A DNA stretch of 64,000 nucleotides from the IMG/VR virus record IMGVR_UViG_3300032038_000071, positions 1 to 64,000 of that record; one strand, given 5' to 3'. The notes beneath the pieces were generated by a model. That model made no database searches. It was not told where the DNA came from and saw nothing but the letters and a program-made list of their open reading frames with translations. Positions 60,503-64,000 of the stretch are shown here, in pieces (position 1 is the first letter of the stretch; each line of letters opens with the position of its first letter). The position numbers and the translations under genes were made by a program. The DNA is from a virus.

Positions 60503-61626
60503 TAAAGTCGTTTGTCCAGTTGATTTTTAAATGTATCGTACAAAGATTTGTACTTGTTATAGGACACTTCAAATTGCTCTGCCAACTTATCATTATGTGC
60601 AGATTTAGCAAGTCTAATTCCATCTTCTGCTTTCTTCATCTGTCGTCTAAAATAATTCAGCTTTTGTGTACATTCATAAAATGTATAATGTTTTCCATCT
60701 TTAGTTGTATATCCACGTTCATTAGCTTTTAAGATATTAGCAAGTTTCTGTTCATCGTATTCCTGTTTTGTAAATCCGACTATTATAGGCTTTGTTAAAT
60801 GCTTACAATTACAGGTACCTATATGTCTATCAAACCCTATATATTTTCTACCTTGTACGTCTATAAAGTCTAATCCACTTTGAATAAACTCCCAATTCTG
60901 ATTTGTGAATTGATGCCCTTGACAGGGAGCATGGTCTGGTGCTGGTGCCATATGCGCTGATATTTCTACACCGTCACATTTTAGCTGAATACCAACTGTA
61001 TCATAAACTTTCTGTGATGTTTCTACCAATACTTGACTTACAATGTTTTCCAGCCCCGTATCTGAATTGTAATACCCGTCATTGAATATCTTTAGTCCGC
61101 CTATCAAATCAGTTTCGGTATCACGCATCAATGTGTCAAAATCAAGTTTGGATTTCTTTGCTGTAGTTGCCTTGTCTATTATCTGATTATACGCTTTCTC
61201 AATAGGAAGATAAACTTTACCGCCCGGATATTTACTATCAGGTAACTTAACATAATAATTGTCTGCTTCACTATATAATCCATTATATAGCAATATCATC
61301 ATTGTTATTATCTCATTAGTTAAATCAAATATAGGTCTGTTTGATTTAAACTCTGGAAGTGTAGCTATATCTTCGCAATCAACATAGGTAAAATTAGCAA
61401 TCGTAAGTATGGCAATTTCTATTTGTTTTCTAATTTCAACAGCATACTTATTGTTTATTTTACCAATTTCAAATAAATCATCGTAGGAAGCCGAACTTTT
61501 AATGTCCGGCTCCTCTTTGATTTTTCCTATTCTCTGCATTAGCACATTGATTATTTCTGTGCTACATTCAGTCTGCAAATCTCTTATAGGTTTGGATAAT
61601 TTGTTAAAGATTCTTTCATCTATCAT
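60490..61626 (-). CDS. head morphogenesis / minor capsid protein (SPP1 gp7 / Mu F-like)
   Basis: ORF track, 378 aa. Immediately downstream of the portal. Confidence 0.6.
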   Translation of the reverse strand: MIDERIFNKLSKPIRDLQTECSTEIINVLMQRIGKIKEEPDIKSSASYDDLFEIGKINNKYAVEIRKQIEIAILTIANFTYVDCEDIATLPEFKSNRPIFDLTNEIITMMILLYNGLYSEADNYYVKLPDSKYPGGKVYLPIEKAYNQIIDKATTAKKSKLDFDTLMRDTETDLIGGLKIFNDGYYNSDTGLENIVSQVLVETSQKVYDTVGIQLKCDGVEISAHMAPAPDHAPCQGHQFTNQNWEFIQSGLDFIDVQGRKYIGFDRHIGTCNCKHLTKPIIVGFTKQEYDEQKLANILKANERGYTTKDGKHYTFYECTQKLNYFRRQMKKAEDGIRLAKSAHNDKLAEQFEVSYNKYKSLYDTFKNQLDKRLYVNN

Positions 61627-61629
61627 ACA

Positions 61630-63378
61630 TTAATCCTTCTTTGGGTCTTTTGGCTTACGCTCATTATCAGTTTCGTCTTTCTTATCCATAGCCTTTTGAG
61701 ATTCAGTTTTTCTATCCTCTGTATCTCGTCTATCTTTAAGATTAGACTGCTGGAACGTATTGCCAAGTACAGACTGAACAGCCATATTATCTTCCATATC
61801 TTGTAGAGTTTCTTCCTTAATCTTATCAAGTGCTTCAATAGCCTGTCTTTCAGTTTCACCAAAGTACCACATTCTGTTCTCAACTTTACTAACAAGTCCG
61901 TTCTGTTGTAATGAAAGTCGCTTACTTAATTCTGTGTCCATATCTACAAGAATACTATCATCCCACTCGAATGATACATCATACTCACCATCAGGTGTAA
62001 TCTCGTATAAATGACAATAAGTGTCCATAATATAGATAACATCTTCAAGTGTGTACTGTAATGCTCTTTGTATCTCACTATTGGCAGAATAGCTACGCTG
62101 TTTAAGTATCTTAATCTCTGTAGCTGTCTTTGCCTCAATACCAACATCTGAAAGTGTACCTCTTGAAAGACCAGTTGCATCCTCTATGTGCATAAGAATT
62201 GAATTAAGTCCGTTTGTGTATGAATTATCTCTTAATGCTGGAGCAAATGGCTCATATGTATCACTGTTGTTTCCTAAATCTACTTCTCGGAAAAGTCTCT
62301 GTTGTAATATAGGCTTTATTGTATGATGTACACCCTTTTCATCTGTCCACTCTCTTAAAGCATCACGGTCTACATCTATAGCCATTTCACCGCCTTCATA
62401 CTCCCAAAGAAGTCTGCTGTACTGCATATCCGCATCCTTAATGAGATTAACTACTCTACTATAACCACTAACTCCTAAAGGACTTAATGTGTCAATAGTG
62501 TTAGCCTCTGGCATTTTGAAATACGCAAACAACGGTCTATCAACATCAGTAATAACTGTTTCTTCACTTAATGCAGACCATTCCGGAACTGCTGTAAGAG
62601 GAATAGGATTTCCTAAATCAGCTCCACTATTGTCTGTTCTTGTATTAGATGATTTGTATGCTTTGTTAATAACTGTTACAGTATTGTTTTCAAACTTATG
62701 GTACTCTAATCGTCTATAGATTGTACCTTTATCAGTCTTTGACTGAATAAAAGCGGCTTCTGTTATCTTACCATTAGCATCAAAGGCAAGTGGATAAAAG
62801 TTATCAGCTTGAATGAAGTCGAACTCCATATCATATTCAGGCTTTAATGTGTTGGTAACTCTATTACCGTCCTCTGTAATCATCGTCTTAACATTAGCTG
62901 TTTCATTCTTAACAACATATGGTTTAATGATAAGACCACCCATAGCAATTCCGTATTCCAACTGCCTTCTTATCTGACGTTTCAGTTTCTTATATTGCAA
63001 ATCAAGGTATTCAGCACGTTTAGAATTTCCTACAGTTTCAACTTGTTTATCTCCGCCAACTCCTGCTGATGGTGTTATTGTTGTTTTTACTTTAGGTGCT
63101 GTAATCTCACTCTGCCATTCAAGTAATGCCATACGTGCCTTTTCACTTGCAATCAGTGACGGAAGTCCTAAAGATGTAACCCTTGAAGCATCTGCATATG
63201 ATGGCTCGTGCAACCACGGTGCATGATTTTTATACATATCCTGCCATAACTGTATAGCATTTTCCATTTCAGCAGATATAGTAGGATTAATATGTAATGT
63301 TTGTTCAATCGTTGTTCTGCCTATCATCTTATTTATTATCTCCTTTATACGCTGTGCGATTGTTGAGAATACTGACAT
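61630..63378 (-). CDS. portal protein (SPP1 gp6-like)
   Basis: ORF track, 582 aa. The N-terminal pattern (...LWQDMYKNHAPWL...LGLPSLIASEKARMALLE) resembles the Gp6 portal family. Position matches. Confidence 0.8.
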   Translation of the reverse strand: MSVFSTIAQRIKEIINKMIGRTTIEQTLHINPTISAEMENAIQLWQDMYKNHAPWLHEPSYADASRVTSLGLPSLIASEKARMALLEWQSEITAPKVKTTITPSAGVGGDKQVETVGNSKRAEYLDLQYKKLKRQIRRQLEYGIAMGGLIIKPYVVKNETANVKTMITEDGNRVTNTLKPEYDMEFDFIQADNFYPLAFDANGKITEAAFIQSKTDKGTIYRRLEYHKFENNTVTVINKAYKSSNTRTDNSGADLGNPIPLTAVPEWSALSEETVITDVDRPLFAYFKMPEANTIDTLSPLGVSGYSRVVNLIKDADMQYSRLLWEYEGGEMAIDVDRDALREWTDEKGVHHTIKPILQQRLFREVDLGNNSDTYEPFAPALRDNSYTNGLNSILMHIEDATGLSRGTLSDVGIEAKTATEIKILKQRSYSANSEIQRALQYTLEDVIYIMDTYCHLYEITPDGEYDVSFEWDDSILVDMDTELSKRLSLQQNGLVSKVENRMWYFGETERQAIEALDKIKEETLQDMEDNMAVQSVLGNTFQQSNLKDRRDTEDRKTESQKAMDKKDETDNERKPKDPKKD

Positions 63379-63380
63379 TT

Positions 63381-63626
63381 TTATTCTCCTCTCTTACGCT
63401 TTCTACCACGCTTATGTTCATACTTCTTACGTCCAACTGTATTAAGTGCTGAATCAATACCCTTCTGATTACTTCCTTTTCTTATGTATCTATCTACTTC
63501 ATAATCAGAACGAGTAGTGCCTGTAGAACCGGAACTCTGTGAACGTGTTTCATACTCATACCGCTGTCGTGGTGACTTTGGTCTTTCTTGTTTCTTACGT
63601 TTAGCATATATTCCGCCATTACCCAT
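63381..63626 (-). CDS. small highly basic protein (81 aa)
   Basis: ORF track. K/R/S-rich. SD AAAGGAGTAATATA. Confidence 0.55.
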   Translation of the reverse strand: MGNGGIYAKRKKQERPKSPRQRYEYETRSQSSGSTGTTRSDYEVDRYIRKGSNQKGIDSALNTVGRKKYEHKRGRKRKRGE

Positions 63627-63639
63627 TATATTACTCCTT

Positions 63640-64000
63640 TCATATAGATACTTTTGAACTGATTACTTTTTTATGCACAATGTTTCCTTTAAATTCCACA
63701 TTTCTCTTACTGTTGCCATATAATAAAATTGCATCAGGTTCAAGTGTGTCTAACATTTCATCCCAATGCTTTCTATGTGCTTCACCATCATTATACCAAA
63801 AATCTCCCATAGTCGATATTGCTATCGTGCTGTGCTTTGGTAGTCCATCTAAACAGAACTTGAATGTTTCATCATCACTCCACGTTACAGTAGGTACAAC
63901 TGTTAATCCTTGCTCTTGCCAATAACGTGCGCACCATCTGTTCCTGTATGTGTTGTATATTCTAACAGCAAGCGGAGTATCTGTAAAACAACTAAAATCA
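63640..64000 (-). CDS. DUF4417-like protein, C-terminal part (runs off right edge)
   Basis: Not in the track. The frame is open from nt 64000 to the TGA at 63642-63640. Translation ...IYNTYRNRWCARYWQEQGLTVVPTVTWSDDETFKFCLDGLPKHSTIAISTMG... matches the DUF4417 pattern from memory. Confidence 0.55.
   Translation of the reverse strand, partial: DFSCFTDTPLAVRIYNTYRNRWCARYWQEQGLTVVPTVTWSDDETFKFCLDGLPKHSTIAISTMGDFWYNDGEAHRKHWDEMLDTLEPDAILLYGNSKRNVEFKGNIVHKKVISSKVSI

Noticed and set aside
2157-62180. Short minus-strand ORFs nested out of frame inside larger genes (2157-2339, 16547-16756, 26569-26790, 27379-27603, 45972-46169, 50973-51179, 51714-51932, 52752-52949, 53580-53762, 58377-58559, 61623-61895, 61944-62180)
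   Set aside because: They are embedded in well-supported genes (polA, tape measure, capsid, portal and others), lack SDs, and have odd composition. They are treated as spurious.
23-63925. The many plus-strand ORFs in the six-frame track (for example 23-376, 546-917, 25779-26246, 50501-51145, 51956-52489)
   Set aside because: All lie antisense to longer minus-strand genes with recognisable products. Their translations are low-complexity and rich in Ser/Leu/Phe/Ile, as expected from antisense A/T-rich coding DNA. I saw no SD sequences or operon logic for them.
1-64000. Lysogeny module (integrase, CI/Cro pair, att site next to the tRNA)
   Set aside because: No integrase- or recombinase-like ORF is in the window. 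The tRNA is complete and lies inside an operon rather than at a junction. Lifestyle cannot be decided from this window.

Overview
This window looks like a contiguous 64-kb stretch of a low-GC tailed dsDNA phage or prophage, with genes typical of phages of Firmicutes (Clostridia-like) hosts. Almost every convincing gene is on the minus strand, so transcription runs right to left. Family names come from motifs read by eye in the ORF translations; no database search was run. Reading right to left:

- **64.0-44.8 kb, virion module:** partial DUF4417-like gene, small basic protein, SPP1-type portal, head-morphogenesis protein, an embedded holin pair, scaffold, major capsid, connector/neck genes, major tail protein, two chaperone-like genes, a 1285-aa tape measure, Dit/Tal-like proteins and two fibre-like proteins.
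- **44.5 kb:** a small sigma-region-4-like regulator.
- **44.5-41.1 kb:** a terminator-bounded cassette of low-complexity, Cys-rich and C1q/BclA-like proteins.
- **41-10.8 kb, replication/recombination block:** an SNF2 helicase split by a class-3-type intein, replisome organizer, DnaC-like loader, DnaB, primase, family-A polymerase, an ABC-ATPase/GNAT fusion, beta clamp, Cas4-like nuclease, RecU-like resolvase, SleB-like hydrolase, ThyX-like protein, RecA, a MazF-like protein, and DnaX, delta-prime and delta clamp-loader genes.
- **10-4.3 kb:** a run of very small early-type genes.
- **4.1-3.6 kb:** an isolated Terminase_2-like gene.
- **3.6-2.96 kb:** a non-coding, switch-like region holding the only convincing plus-strand transcription unit, a candidate sRNA.
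- **2.96-2.08 kb:** a GC-rich moron-like cassette with a long leader.
- **Left end:** one tRNA-Gln(UUG), an amidase endolysin and a partial fibre-like gene.

Many sigma-70-type promoters (TTGACA-N17-TAnAAT) and rho-independent terminators can be read directly. No integrase, reverse transcriptase, CRISPR array, rRNA or sign of stop-codon recoding was seen.
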